Shown here: positions 37,327 to 46,401 of the stretch, one piece after another
Position numbering within the stretch: position 1 is the first letter of the stretch
Layout: every line of letters starts with the position of its first letter
From: Myxococcales bacterium
GTDB lineage: Bacteria > Myxococcota_A > UBA9160 > SZUA-336
Assembly (NCBI GenBank): GCA_013215565.1
Contig: JABSQV010000130.1
Coordinates: 8,880 to 72,879 of the forward strand
Reading direction: 5' to 3'
Length of the DNA stretch: 64,000 bases
Notes under the pieces: generated by a model
Database searches by the model: none
What the model saw: only the letters and a program-made list of their open reading frames with translations
What the model was told of the DNA's origin: nothing
Translations under genes and position numbers: made by a program

Positions 37327-37622
37327 TGTGCCAACCCCTTGACCACTTCGGTGTGACCCGCCTCGGCCTGCTCGCGGGTGCAGTAGCGGCGACCGATGTG
37401 ATCGAACTCATCGCTCTCACCGAATACCATGGTCTCGTAGAGCACGGGTGCCGCCCCGCGTTGGAAGGCATGATCGATCCCGAGAAACACGGTCGAGACC
37501 ACGACCTCGGGCGCGACTTCAGTCCGAGCTACGGTTCGGCGATCAACATCGTTGAACCAAGCCGCCCACTTGAGCGCGTCGGGCTCGGCAACAGGAACGC
37601 CGTCCACCTCGATGTAGTACAT
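37323..37622 (-). CDS. hypothetical protein
   Basis: Protein-like from MYYIEVDGVPVAEPDALKW. Confidence 0.45.
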   Translation of the reverse strand: MYYIEVDGVPVAEPDALKWAAWFNDVDRRTVARTEVAPEVVVSTVFLGIDHAFQRGAAPVLYETMVFGESDEFDHIGRRYCTREQAEAGHTEVVKGLAH

Positions 37623-37624
37623 GC

Positions 37625-38266
37625 TCACGACGCCGCCCCAGCCCAGCCGGCGTCGTCGCCGTCGGTCGGCTCGGTCGACTTGGTGGCGGCCGAGAACGTG
37701 CCGTCGGTGAACTCCGAGAGCGGTCGGCAGTGGATCCCGCTGGGGCCTGAGTAGACCACGCCGGGACATCCGTCGATCGGGTTGTCGCGGCACTCGATGG
37801 TGCAGGGACCGATGACCGTGTAGGTCTCGCCATCGGAGTGCGTCCACTCGCTGCCCTGTGCGGGCTGTTCGCCGACCGTCCTGAACAGCCGCAGTCCCTC
37901 ACGGACCTTCCGTCGGAGCTCCGACGCGGTGTCGTCCCGAGTGAGGTCGCCATGACTCGGGCCAGGCACGACGCTGCCGTCCTTCATGCAGAACAGGCCG
38001 TCCCAGAACACGTCCTGTGTGCCGTCGCGATGCCTCACGGCGACACACGGGGTGAGCTGGTACAGGCAGACGGCGCCGACGCTCTTGGCGAACTTGCCGA
38101 CCAGCGTGCCCATCTTGGTCGCGCCCTCCTCGATGGGTTGCCCCGACGCGATCCGTGAGGCCGCGGTGGACATCTCACGGTGGTCACGGAACTCCTCGGG
38201 CACGTCCTCGATCGGGACGCCGACGTGCTTGGAGAAGATCTCGCTGAGATTGGTGACGTTCTGCAT
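37625..38266 (-). CDS. hypothetical protein (213 aa)
   Basis: Protein-like composition. Confidence 0.5.
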   Translation of the reverse strand: MQNVTNLSEIFSKHVGVPIEDVPEEFRDHREMSTAASRIASGQPIEEGATKMGTLVGKFAKSVGAVCLYQLTPCVAVRHRDGTQDVFWDGLFCMKDGSVVPGPSHGDLTRDDTASELRRKVREGLRLFRTVGEQPAQGSEWTHSDGETYTVIGPCTIECRDNPIDGCPGVVYSGPSGIHCRPLSEFTDGTFSAATKSTEPTDGDDAGWAGAAS

Positions 38267-38311
38267 GCTGCCTCCTGCGCCCAGGTATCGGTCAGAGCGC
38301 CTCGCCGTGAG

Positions 38312-38506
38312 TCAGAAGGGCGCGACGGTCTTGGGCGGGTCGAACGGAACGGCGTCGGCCCAGAGGCGATCGAACTCACGGCGGGTGCAGCGAGGGCACT
38401 GGTACAGCTTGAAGGACGACGTGAACCCGATCGCCCTCTCGGCGAGGCAGTGGCGCCCACAGGCGTAGCAGGCATCGATCTTGGTCAGGGTGTCGAGCGG
38501 GATCAT
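38312..38506 (-). CDS. small zinc-ribbon protein
   Basis: CYAC...C...CPRC. Confidence 0.45.
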   Translation of the reverse strand: MIPLDTLTKIDACYACGRHCLAERAIGFTSSFKLYQCPRCTRREFDRLWADAVPFDPPKTVAPF

Positions 38507-38519
38507 CGGCTCTCTGTAA

Positions 38520-38756
38520 TCAGGCCGGCTCGACGACGGTGATGATCAGCTTCACCGGGACGGCAGGGATCTTGGCTGTCTCCTTGAACTCCCAAGCGTT
38601 GTTGGTGCGGTTGGCCGCGCTGGTCGCCTGACCGCGCTTGTTGAAGATCTGGGCACGCTCGAACGGCACCCACTTGGTCGAGCCGCTGTTCTTGTTCAGA
38701 TACCAGAGCCCGTCCTCGTTGCGGACAGCCCACGCCTCGCGAGTTGGTGCGCTCAT
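38520..38756 (-). CDS. hypothetical protein
   Basis: Protein-like from MSAPTREAWAVRNEDGLWYL. Confidence 0.4.
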   Translation of the reverse strand: MSAPTREAWAVRNEDGLWYLNKNSGSTKWVPFERAQIFNKRGQATSAANRTNNAWEFKETAKIPAVPVKLIITVVEPA

Positions 38757-38929
38757 TCGACGATCCCTCTTCGAACACTCTCGGTGCCCATCCAGTGTCC
38801 AGACATCCGAGCGAGGGCGAGCAGGGCGACGGCGCCGAGCCCGTAGAAGTAGAAGCCCAGCACCAACGTCATGAAGTAGGCCGTGTCGACAAGCCAGGGT
38901 GTCCATTCATCTCGATCGTCGCTGCTCAT
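38753..38929 (-). CDS. small membrane protein
   Basis: MSSDDRDEWTPWLVDTAYFMTLVLGFYFYGLGAVALLALA. Confidence 0.35.
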   Translation of the reverse strand: MSSDDRDEWTPWLVDTAYFMTLVLGFYFYGLGAVALLALARMSGHWMGTESVRRGIVE

Positions 38930-39285
38930 CCGATGATCGTCCCGCCCCTCAGCAGGGCCTCGCCGATGGGCGGCAGCGGCACGGGCTTCGGCTTGCCGCC
39001 GACCAGTCGCCACACCTCGTACCGTGAGCCATCGCGGCGCTGATGCAGATCGACCTGGATGCCGCAGCGTGGGATCTGCGCCTGGCCCATGGGGCTGGCC
39101 TGGGCGACCTCGAGGAGATGGCGTAGGGTCTTGGTGTCGGCGATGAAGATCCGGTCACCGGGGTCGTCTGGGCCGCCTGTGGTCACCCTGCGAAGCAGCT
39201 CATCGGTCCCCGGCTTCTGCAGCGGGTTGGGGTTCACCTTGGGTGCGATCTGCGGATGCAGGATCCCCTGTTCGTCGCTGCCCAT
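38926..39285 (-). CDS. hypothetical protein
   Basis: 119-aa ORF. Confidence 0.4.
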   Translation of the reverse strand: MGSDEQGILHPQIAPKVNPNPLQKPGTDELLRRVTTGGPDDPGDRIFIADTKTLRHLLEVAQASPMGQAQIPRCGIQVDLHQRRDGSRYEVWRLVGGKPKPVPLPPIGEALLRGGTIIG

Positions 39286-39307
39286 GTTCTGCTTCCTCTC
39301 TATGAAG

Positions 39308-39369
39308 TGGTGGGTCCAGCAGGACTCGAACCTGCGACTCTCGGCTTAAAAGGCCGGTGCTCTAAACTC
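39308..39369 (-). tRNA. tRNA-Lys(UUU)-like 3' fragment (D-stem 3' half through CCA); no complementary 5' acceptor strand
   Basis: RC reads TTAGAGCACCGGCCTTTTAAGCCGAGAGTCGCAGGTTCGAGTCCTGCTGGACCCACCA. Anticodon loop CTTTTAA, T arm GCAGG-TTCGAGT-CCTGC, CCA present. Upstream lacks GGGTCCA and a full D arm. Confidence 0.4.
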
Positions 39370-39751
39370 TGTCCTCTGGTATCGCCTCATCGGTCTGAGC
39401 GTCAGCCGCTCGGTGCATCTCCTCCAGCCGACGCTCAAGCTCACGGAGGGGCAGGCCGGTCAGATCGACCATCTCCTGGGTGACGGGGAACACGGGGAGC
39501 TTCAACCCGTCGTCGTACTGGAGCCAGTTCGTGGCGCCGCGGACGAGTCGTGGCGCCCGTCTGGTCGAGGCGAGCTTGGCGGCGACGGGCTCTGCTCGCT
39601 GATCGGGCCAGGGCTCCTCACCCGCGAGGTACAGCCGATGCCGCAGTTGGTAGACCTCGGATTCGAGGCGTGCATGCTCACGGCGATGGATCGTGTATTC
39701 GAGCCACCAGATGATCGAGACCGCGATGGCGCTGCACAGGAACTGGGTCAT
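39362..39751 (-). CDS. membrane-anchored hypothetical protein
   Basis: N-terminal TM FLCSAIAVSIIWWL. Confidence 0.45.
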   Translation of the reverse strand: MTQFLCSAIAVSIIWWLEYTIHRREHARLESEVYQLRHRLYLAGEEPWPDQRAEPVAAKLASTRRAPRLVRGATNWLQYDDGLKLPVFPVTQEMVDLTGLPLRELERRLEEMHRAADAQTDEAIPEDRV

Positions 39752-40173
39752 TCGATCTTGACCTCGGCGAGTCGGCGCTGGGCAGCGATGAGGCGATCGG
39801 TCTGCTCTGCCGCGAACCGCTGCAGCTCCAGTCGGTCAGCGATGAGCGCCGAGACCTCGTCGTAGCCGAACTCCTCATGCAGGTTCGACTCGCCGCGCTT
39901 CTCCATCGAGGCGATGTCCCTCGGCGAGAGCTTCAGCGAGGGCAGGCCGGTCTTGGGTGGTGGGGTCAGCAGATCGCACGCCGCCTTGGCGCCGAACGCG
40001 GACTCGTAGTCACCCCCGACTGCCACGCCGCTGGGCATGGGCTCGAACACCCTCCAACTCCCACCGAGCTGCTCGACCGTCCAGCCATCGACTCGCTTCC
40101 AGTCACCCGCTTGGTCCTGTGTCCAGATCTCGCTCAGTCTCCAGATCTCGCTCAGTCCCAATCCCATAGCCAC
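39748..40173 (-). CDS. hypothetical protein
   Basis: Contains 18-bp tandem duplication encoding LSEIWRLSEIW. Confidence 0.45.
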   Translation of the reverse strand: MAMGLGLSEIWRLSEIWTQDQAGDWKRVDGWTVEQLGGSWRVFEPMPSGVAVGGDYESAFGAKAACDLLTPPPKTGLPSLKLSPRDIASMEKRGESNLHEEFGYDEVSALIADRLELQRFAAEQTDRLIAAQRRLAEVKIE

Positions 40174-40292
40174 TCCTTCAGCTTGGCGGCGACGACCGCG
40201 ACACCGATCACCGTCAGTAGGACGGTGGCCGTCAAGACGAACCCAGCGTCGATCTCCAGCTCACCCGGCGCTCGGGGCACCGATCCACTCAT
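40152..40292 (-). CDS. small membrane peptide
   Basis: MSGSVPRAPGELEIDAGFVLTATVLLTVIGVAVVAAKLKEWLWDWD. Confidence 0.3.
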   Translation of the reverse strand: MSGSVPRAPGELEIDAGFVLTATVLLTVIGVAVVAAKLKEWLWDWD

Positions 40293-40294
40293 GC

Positions 40295-40621
40295 TCACGG
40301 CTTCACCTGAGTCACCTTGTGCGGCTGCACGTTGTAGAAGAATGCCCACTCGACGCTGCCGAGAGGACCGATGTACCCGATCGCCGGCGTGGGTCTCCAG
40401 AACGGCCACCCGTCCCACATCCCGACGTGGAGAACCTCGAACGTGGAGAACCCCGACGGGCAGTACCGCCACCCCTCGGGGTCATCGTTCATCTTGAGGA
40501 TGGTCTCCCAGCCTCGCCGCGCGTGGTCGGCATTGACCGCATTGTGCTGAGTGTGATCGTAGTCGCGATCGACGGGGCCGAGGAACTCACCCTCACGGAC
40601 GGTGACGGTTCTGGTCTTCAC
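40295..40621 (-). CDS. hypothetical protein (GTG start)
   Basis: GTG overlapping upstream stop (GTGA); Trp-rich C-terminus. Confidence 0.4.
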   Translation of the reverse strand: MKTRTVTVREGEFLGPVDRDYDHTQHNAVNADHARRGWETILKMNDDPEGWRYCPSGFSTFEVLHVGMWDGWPFWRPTPAIGYIGPLGSVEWAFFYNVQPHKVTQVKP

Positions 40622-40872
40622 GGCGACAGGTCCGCCAGCTTGTAGTGCGGGGTGTGGTAGTCGACCGGGTGCTCGCTCTCGGTGGCCTGGCCCTGGATCT
40701 TGCCCCAGGACACCGTGAGGGGATCGTGGAGATCGATCGACTCGCCATCCTCGCCCTCCAGCTCGGTGTTCCACGACTTGAGGCGCTCCTCGGCATCGGC
40801 GCGCGCTGCCTCTTCGGACACGTGGGCGGTGAAGCCCTCCTCCTCGTCGTATGCGAACCATTGCTTGCCCAT
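40618..40872 (-). CDS. acidic hypothetical protein
   Basis: ATG at 40872 preceded by variant B repeat with GGGTAC-N5-GTACCC. Confidence 0.45.
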   Translation of the reverse strand: MGKQWFAYDEEEGFTAHVSEEAARADAEERLKSWNTELEGEDGESIDLHDPLTVSWGKIQGQATESEHPVDYHTPHYKLADLSP

Positions 40873-40920
40873 GATGTCTCCAAATTTGCGGTGAGCGACG
40901 GGTACTGGATGTACCCACTC
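40873..40920 (-). repeat. type B element with GGGTACTGGATGTACCC palindrome
   Basis: palindrome ~40900-40916 upstream of ATG 40872. Confidence 0.6.
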
Positions 40921-40935
40921 GGGGATGGGGTTGAG

Positions 40936-41217
40936 TTAATTGCCAGAGGCGACGGGTCTGGGCCACACGGTCTTCAACCGGACCTCTCGACTATCGCTCC
41001 CAAAGTTGTGATCGCCATACACCAGTGTGTCGCCGTCCCAGCCCTTGATCCGACGTTCATCGGTTTGGACTTCACGCGCCTCGGCGTGGTCGGTCATCAT
41101 CTCGCTCGAAACGATGTCATGGACGCTCGACTTGGCGCGCACCTCGCTCTCGGCCAACACGTAGGCCGACACCTGAATGTCCACGCGGTAGAGCTTCATC
41201 GGTTTGGACCGACGCAT
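40936..41217 (-). CDS. hypothetical protein
   Basis: 93-aa ORF. Confidence 0.4.
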   Translation of the reverse strand: MRRSKPMKLYRVDIQVSAYVLAESEVRAKSSVHDIVSSEMMTDHAEAREVQTDERRIKGWDGDTLVYGDHNFGSDSREVRLKTVWPRPVASGN

Positions 41218-41471
41218 TCGAGGTCGTCGAGGTAGCCGTAGGCCAGGTAGCAGGTCGTGCCGTCTTCAAGCGTCACCCTCCACAGCCCAGGGATGAAGCC
41301 CGAGCCGCCGTGGACGTTCTTGGGGTTGACCACAGGCTCCCACTCGGCGATCGGGTCGTCGGTGATCTGATTGGCGACGTTGGGTCCGATGGAGATCAGG
41401 ATCGCTACACACCCAGCCATGAACAGGCCGATGGTGGCCGCGATGCTGATCCGAAGCTGTTGGCTCGTCAT
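41196..41471 (-). CDS. membrane protein
   Basis: ISIAATIGLFMAGCVAILISIG TM segment. Confidence 0.45.
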   Translation of the reverse strand: MTSQQLRISIAATIGLFMAGCVAILISIGPNVANQITDDPIAEWEPVVNPKNVHGGSGFIPGLWRVTLEDGTTCYLAYGYLDDLECVGPNR

Positions 41472-41513
41472 GACGCCCTCCTGCTGGGAGGTATCGGTCT
41501 GCAGGCGCTGCCG

Positions 41514-42014
41514 TCAGTCGGTCGAGTCGGGCTTGGGCGCTGGCCGCCTGAACCCAGCTCTGGCACCGTACCTGACTCGCCGGCGCAGGGTGTCGCCGAG
41601 AGCCTCTTGCATCAGATCCGGATCGATGACGACCTGGACCACGATGCTCTGGGCAGATCCGTTCCTCACCCAGCCCTGCCGACCGCCGCGCATGGGTGCC
41701 CCGGTCGCGGGCGAGATCGTTGGCTCTCGCCGTCGGACCTCAAGGTGTTCGATGAGGTGCTCGTAGGCCGAGATCACGTGGAGCGACCGCTTGCCGCGCA
41801 GGGCGAGCTCCATCTCAGTCGCACCTGGCCCAGCGAGGTCGGGATGGCACTCCTTCATCAGCTCGCGGTAGCGCGACTTGAGCGGTCCCGACTTCCAGTG
41901 GTCGAGCAGAGTGGCGGCCTCAGTGTACAGCTTGCACTTGCCGAGGGGTGGCGGCTCGATCTCCATGACGGCGATGGCCTCCTCCAACGTCATCTCGGCA
42001 CGACCCGTTGTCAT
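41514..42014 (-). CDS. J-domain (DnaJ-like) protein
   Basis: YRELMKECHPDLAG contains the HPD tripeptide in J-domain context. Confidence 0.6.
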   Translation of the reverse strand: MTTGRAEMTLEEAIAVMEIEPPPLGKCKLYTEAATLLDHWKSGPLKSRYRELMKECHPDLAGPGATEMELALRGKRSLHVISAYEHLIEHLEVRRREPTISPATGAPMRGGRQGWVRNGSAQSIVVQVVIDPDLMQEALGDTLRRRVRYGARAGFRRPAPKPDSTD

Positions 42015-42133
42015 TTCGCGCGCCCATCCCCATCGGTGCGCGACTCCTCAGGCCCCAACACCCAGATGGTCGGTCCAACCTCGTCATCGGACAGCGCATA
42101 GGTGCGCGACTCCAGGCAGTGCGGCATCCGCGA

Positions 42134-42973
42134 CTATTCCCCTCCGGCCGCCTTCTTGGGCAGCTCGACTACCTCACCACCCTGATGGAGCCCGTCCTGA
42201 TCGACTTGCTCCCGCGTGACCAGCGCGCCGAGGATCGCGGACAGCTCCAGCGTGTCCTCGTACATCGCGGTCACGGTTGACGTATTCGCCTGCTTGGCCA
42301 TGCGCACCCTCACGGTCTCGACGATCCCGCCACCCATCGCAGTCTGAGCCGGGGGCAGCAGAATGTCCGCCAGCTCGTTGCGAGCGCGCAGGAACCCAGG
42401 CAGGTCGCGCATCGACAAGGTGGCCTCGCCTTTCGCGACCTTCTGGGCAAGCGTCCCGATCGCCGCATCCAGCAGGCCGAGGTGTCGGTGGGCGGTGACC
42501 TGATTGTCATCCCGCTCCAGCAGGTGCCTCTTGACGGTCTTGGCTGCTTGACCCTGCCGCCCAGGCTTGGGCGCGACCTCGTTCGGCAGGAAGGGCACCG
42601 ACATATTGGCTTCGACCGCAGCGACCTCACGCTGTCCCCAACGACCCAGGTACTTGGTGCGATATACGCGCATGGCGATTGCCTGCGCTGTCCCACCCAG
42701 CTCCTCAACGCGGCTGATCCAGTCGTTGCGCTTCTTCCACGATCTGATCGTCGAGTCGGATCGATGAACTGCGGCAGCAGCGACTCGGTAACTCCGCTTT
42801 CCCTCGTCCTGCATCGCCCAGAGCAGTAGGGCTCGGTGTTCGTGGGCACGCTCTCCGGGGTGCTTTTTCGACTTGATCCTGATGTCGAGAGAGCTGGGTT
42901 TTGAGGCCGACAATGCGGGCGCGGACTGTTGGTTTTTGCTCTTTGCTGCGCTCTTGGTCTTGGTCTTCGACAT
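42134..42973 (-). CDS. HTH DNA-binding protein (280 aa)
   Basis: Start MSKTKTKSAAKSK; helix-turn-helix RSYRVAAAAVHRSDSTIRSWKKRNDW. Confidence 0.5.
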   Translation of the reverse strand: MSKTKTKSAAKSKNQQSAPALSASKPSSLDIRIKSKKHPGERAHEHRALLLWAMQDEGKRSYRVAAAAVHRSDSTIRSWKKRNDWISRVEELGGTAQAIAMRVYRTKYLGRWGQREVAAVEANMSVPFLPNEVAPKPGRQGQAAKTVKRHLLERDDNQVTAHRHLGLLDAAIGTLAQKVAKGEATLSMRDLPGFLRARNELADILLPPAQTAMGGGIVETVRVRMAKQANTSTVTAMYEDTLELSAILGALVTREQVDQDGLHQGGEVVELPKKAAGGE

Positions 42974-43082
42974 CGGGTTGTCCCTGCTCGCTCCAATTCT
43001 ATCGCGATCTGGGCGAGCCTGCGCTGAGCCGCGCGATGGGTGCGCGGTTTCGCGCACCGGGTGCGAGATCATCGCGCACCCG

Positions 43083-43568
43083 TCATCGGATCTCATCCAC
43101 CGTCCAGTCCTTCGGCACCGTGCCCTCTGACCACAGCCACTCGACCGCAGCCTTGATCACGTCCGCGTGGCAGCTCTGCGGAGCACACCAGCACCCGAGA
43201 GAGATCCCATCGAGAGTGAGCGAGTACCGCATCACCTTGGACAGCTCAGCCTCAACCTCGGGAGCGTGTGTCGCCATCTCCTGCCAGAGCCATCGCTGGT
43301 AGCGTCCGATGCAGTCGTCCCGCCCGTTGCAGTCCTTGAGCTTGAATGGGTTGGCGAGCGGCGACCTCGGGTAGAGGAGTGCCTTGCGTCCACGCATCCC
43401 GCGACCGACGTAGTGCCAGTGAGGGGTGGGCCAGGTCGAGATCGGGTGCTTGACGTTGACCACGTGGATGATGGGCTTCGGATCGGCCCGTCGCTGCTCG
43501 ATCCGCTTCGCGCGGTCTTCTGCCATCTGCTGGAAGTTCACACTGCCTCCACGCCGTCGAGCTGGCAC
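43083..43568 (-). CDS. hypothetical protein (GCWCAPQSCH motif)
   Basis: 161-aa ORF with CWCxPxxCH motif. Confidence 0.45.
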   Translation of the reverse strand: MPARRRGGSVNFQQMAEDRAKRIEQRRADPKPIIHVVNVKHPISTWPTPHWHYVGRGMRGRKALLYPRSPLANPFKLKDCNGRDDCIGRYQRWLWQEMATHAPEVEAELSKVMRYSLTLDGISLGCWCAPQSCHADVIKAAVEWLWSEGTVPKDWTVDEIR

Positions 43569-43819
43569 CAGCGGACGAACGCGGTGCGGGTGATCAGGAT
43601 GTCGGACCCGTTCCGCAGATGGAGCTCCAGCTTGACGACCTCGAGGATCGGGATCGGGGTGAAGCGGACGATCCGATGCATCAGGAAGCCCGCCGAGGAC
43701 AGCACCCCACGCCGAGGCGCCTTCTCGGCCTTGCCCATGCGGTGCCAGATCCCAACGATGAGGTACACCCCGGTCGAGTTGCTGAACCGGTCGCCGATGT
43801 CGATCTGCTCAACCCTCAT
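43538..43819 (-). CDS. hypothetical protein
   Basis: Protein-like from MRVEQIDIGDRF. Confidence 0.4.
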   Translation of the reverse strand: MRVEQIDIGDRFSNSTGVYLIVGIWHRMGKAEKAPRRGVLSSAGFLMHRIVRFTPIPILEVVKLELHLRNGSDILITRTAFVRWCQLDGVEAV

Positions 43820-44036
43820 CGGCGTACTCAGGCAGGTGCTTGCAGCACTCGCAGATCCACTTCCCCGAGCGGTAGACCCACCCCTCCGCGATGGCCTGTT
43901 CGGCGACCTGCCTTTCCGTGTTGCCCTCGGACGCACACCCCGAATTGGCGTGGCAGTCCTCATCGCTGCAATCGACGAAGATCTCGATCAGCACCTCTCG
44001 GGTCAGGTGCTTCAGGGCGCCCCTCGGTACAGACAT
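43809..44036 (-). CDS. Cys-rich hypothetical protein
   Basis: DCSDEDCHANSGC...CECC. Confidence 0.4.
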   Translation of the reverse strand: MSVPRGALKHLTREVLIEIFVDCSDEDCHANSGCASEGNTERQVAEQAIAEGWVYRSGKWICECCKHLPEYADEG

Positions 44037-44341
44037 CACCAGTCTCCGATCTCGGACTTGGCCTCGGCCACCAACGCGGCCACCTGCTCCTCGAGCCACC
44101 CGGCCATGTGGGTGCGCAGCTCCTCGGGGATGATCCAGTCGGGGGTCTTGGTCTGCTTCAGCTTCAGCCCGATCTGGTTCTCGTCCCTGAGTCGAACGGC
44201 GACCTGGGCGAACTGGGCCGCGCGGGTGAGCAGCTCTCGCCGTCGCCGGGAGTCGTTGTCGCGCCGGTAGAGTTGATCGCTCACCAGATTGATCAGCTCC
44301 TCGACATCGGTGGGCGGCAGTGCGGGTTTGGCTTTGGGCAT
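44036..44341 (-). CDS. hypothetical protein
   Basis: ATG at 44341 (MPKAKPALPP) with GAGAGG SD; upstream part of ORF 44036..44542 is translation of the inverted repeat. Confidence 0.45.
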   Translation of the reverse strand: MPKAKPALPPTDVEELINLVSDQLYRRDNDSRRRRELLTRAAQFAQVAVRLRDENQIGLKLKQTKTPDWIIPEELRTHMAGWLEEQVAALVAEAKSEIGDW

Positions 44342-44384
44342 GTTGGTCCTCTCAGAATGGGATGCCCTGTTCGAGGGCGCTCCA

Positions 44385-44587
44385 ATGAGCCATCTGGTGA
44401 CACCGACAGACCGATACCAATAGGCAGAGGTGAGGTTGCGGGCCTTGGTCTTGGCTTCGCGCTCGATGCGCTCGGTGCGCTCCCGCTCCTCACGGAGTCT
44501 CCGCTGTCTCTCGGTCAGGGGTTTTCGGCGTCCCATGCTCACCTCTGCCTATTGGTATCGGTCTGTCGGTGTCACCAGATGGCTCAT
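44385..44587. repeat. perfect 50-bp inverted repeat, arms 44385-44434 and 44538-44587, 103-bp spacer
   Basis: ATGAGCCATCTGGTGACACCGACAGACCGATACCAATAGGCAGAGGTGAG and its exact reverse complement, seen directly. Confidence 0.85.
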
Positions 44588-44784
44588 GCCGCGTACTTCG
44601 CGAACCAGCACGGGGAGCAGACACAGATCACGATGGCCTCCCCAGACACCTTGGCGCGGTCTCTGACCTGCCGCTTGGGCATGAGACCGATCGGCCTGAA
44701 CCCTGCGAGCGAGCCCGCCTGGGTCGGGAACTCCAGCAGTCGGTGCTGGCACTCTCGACACCAGAGCAGCTCATTCGGCAGCAT
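44584..44784 (-). CDS. small zinc-ribbon protein
   Basis: MLPNELLWCRECQH...CVCSPC; stop codon lies inside right IR arm. Confidence 0.4.
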   Translation of the reverse strand: MLPNELLWCRECQHRLLEFPTQAGSLAGFRPIGLMPKRQVRDRAKVSGEAIVICVCSPCWFAKYAA

Positions 44785-45088
44785 CGGTCTCGGTCTCGGT
44801 CTCGGGGATCTCGACCCACCCGTGGTGTTGGGCGACGGCCTCGGCCAGGTCGACGGCGCGCTCGAACTGATCGGCACCTCGCTCGACCTGATCGACGAAC
44901 CGCTCGCCCTCCTTCTCCACCAGCGCGTAGCCCTGGGTGGCGATGGCGCCGGCGATCCCGTTGAGCACATCGGCGGCGTGCCTGATCTGGGTCAGAGCGT
45001 TGCCCGCTCGCATCAGACCCTCGCCGGCCTTGTCCATCGCGGTCAACCCTTTTTTGCTGGCGTCACCAGCTCTGCCTCTGAGACTCAT
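44771..45088 (-). CDS. hypothetical protein
   Basis: Protein-like from MSLRGRAGDASKKG. Confidence 0.4.
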   Translation of the reverse strand: MSLRGRAGDASKKGLTAMDKAGEGLMRAGNALTQIRHAADVLNGIAGAIATQGYALVEKEGERFVDQVERGADQFERAVDLAEAVAQHHGWVEIPETETETDAAE

Positions 45089-45486
45089 CGCTGCCCTCCC
45101 TGCTTGCGGGTCCACCACTGGTCGTGCATCCCAGCTGCCGAGAACATGTTCTCCCACTCGGACCAGATCCCACGTCGAACGCGATGGTGGGTCCGGTTGA
45201 CGCGGCGCTGCCACCAGCGAAGGACGGGGCTGGTCGCTCCCTCCTCGATGGCATCAAGCACCCAGAGTCGGCCACCCTCGCGCTCGACCATATGGGCGAT
45301 CTTGTTGATGATCTCCTCAGGCCAGAGTTGTTGCTCCATTCGACCGTCGCCAGCCTGGGCGATGGGCGAGCGGTCGAGAAAGGGGACGTGCCCGTTGTGG
45401 CGAGCGAGGATCGAGAGCGCGATCTGGCGACGATGCCAGAGCACACCCTGAGGGGCGACGATGAGGATTGGGCGGCGGGCGGGCAT
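45085..45486 (-). CDS. hypothetical protein
   Basis: 133-aa Trp-rich ORF. Confidence 0.45.
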   Translation of the reverse strand: MPARRPILIVAPQGVLWHRRQIALSILARHNGHVPFLDRSPIAQAGDGRMEQQLWPEEIINKIAHMVEREGGRLWVLDAIEEGATSPVLRWWQRRVNRTHHRVRRGIWSEWENMFSAAGMHDQWWTRKQGGQR

Positions 45487-45514
45487 GTGAACCTCGATGG
45501 GCTGGGGTGGGCGG

Positions 45515-45847
45515 TCAGAAGGGGGCGGTCATATCTTCTTGGGTGATCTGGAAGGTCGCGTCACCAGCAGAGGCGCGAGAGCTGCGCTTGGTGAGGATGA
45601 TCTCGCCCGCGTCGGCGTTGATCCGCAGCTCGAGCCCCAGCTCGGAGAGCAGGATGAACACAGCCGGCCAGGGCGGAACGCGCTTCTCGGCACCCGTGGC
45701 GAAGGAGCTGATCGTCTGTTTGCGGAATCCCAGGTGCTCTCCGAGCTTGACGGAGCTCCGACCGGGCTCGGCCTCGATCCATCTGCGGCGCAGCTCGGCG
45801 AAGATCCAGTTGCGGGGTCGACCTTGCTGGGTGGGCTTCGCGGTCAT
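45515..45847 (-). CDS. XRE-family HTH DNA-binding protein
   Basis: LGEHLGFRKQTISSFATG Cro/CI-type HTH; ATGA overlap with sigma gene. Confidence 0.5.
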   Translation of the reverse strand: MTAKPTQQGRPRNWIFAELRRRWIEAEPGRSSVKLGEHLGFRKQTISSFATGAEKRVPPWPAVFILLSELGLELRINADAGEIILTKRSSRASAGDATFQITQEDMTAPF

Positions 45848-46401
45848 GCTGCTCCTTGCTCTCTTGTGCGGTCCCGCAGCTTGCGGAGTCGCCAGTTGCG
45901 AGCGGCTCGGGTGATCCCGAGCTTCTCGTTGATGTCCTCGGTCGACCAGTCCTCGAGGACGGTCTGCATCGCGACCGTCTGGGTCTCGTTGGCGATGGTG
46001 TACAGCTCGGCGACCCGCTGGTTCGCATCGTGGTGGCGCTCGAACATGGTGACCAGATTGCACATCGGGTCCATGGACGTGACCTTGGTGCGCTGCCGCT
46101 GCTCGATCCCCACGTTCCGCGAGCGCACCCGCAACAGGCGCAGCCGGGTCAGGCTCGCCCGCGACTTGATCCAGGACCTGCAGCCCTGGGACGAGCAGTA
46201 GGGGCACGGCCTGGCCTTGTCGGAGCGCGTCGGGTCGAACAGATCGAACGCGGTGACGAGATCGAGGCAGAGATCCTGCTGGAAGTCGTTGGGGTCGATC
46301 CCGCGAATGCGGAACATGTTCGCGCGGCTGTACCGCTCGATGGCTTGGGCGTGCTGCAGGATGAAAACCCATGCCGGGTTCTCGGTTGTTGGGCGGGTCA
46401 T
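45844..46401 (-). CDS. sigma-70 family minimal sigma factor (regions 2 and 4)
   Basis: DLCLDLVTAFDLFDP region-2-like and STEDINEKLGITRAARNWRLRKLRD region-4 HTH; ATG at 46401 followed by repeat and GGGTAC-N5-GTACCC palindrome. Confidence 0.5.
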   Translation of the reverse strand: MTRPTTENPAWVFILQHAQAIERYSRANMFRIRGIDPNDFQQDLCLDLVTAFDLFDPTRSDKARPCPYCSSQGCRSWIKSRASLTRLRLLRVRSRNVGIEQRQRTKVTSMDPMCNLVTMFERHHDANQRVAELYTIANETQTVAMQTVLEDWSTEDINEKLGITRAARNWRLRKLRDRTREQGAA

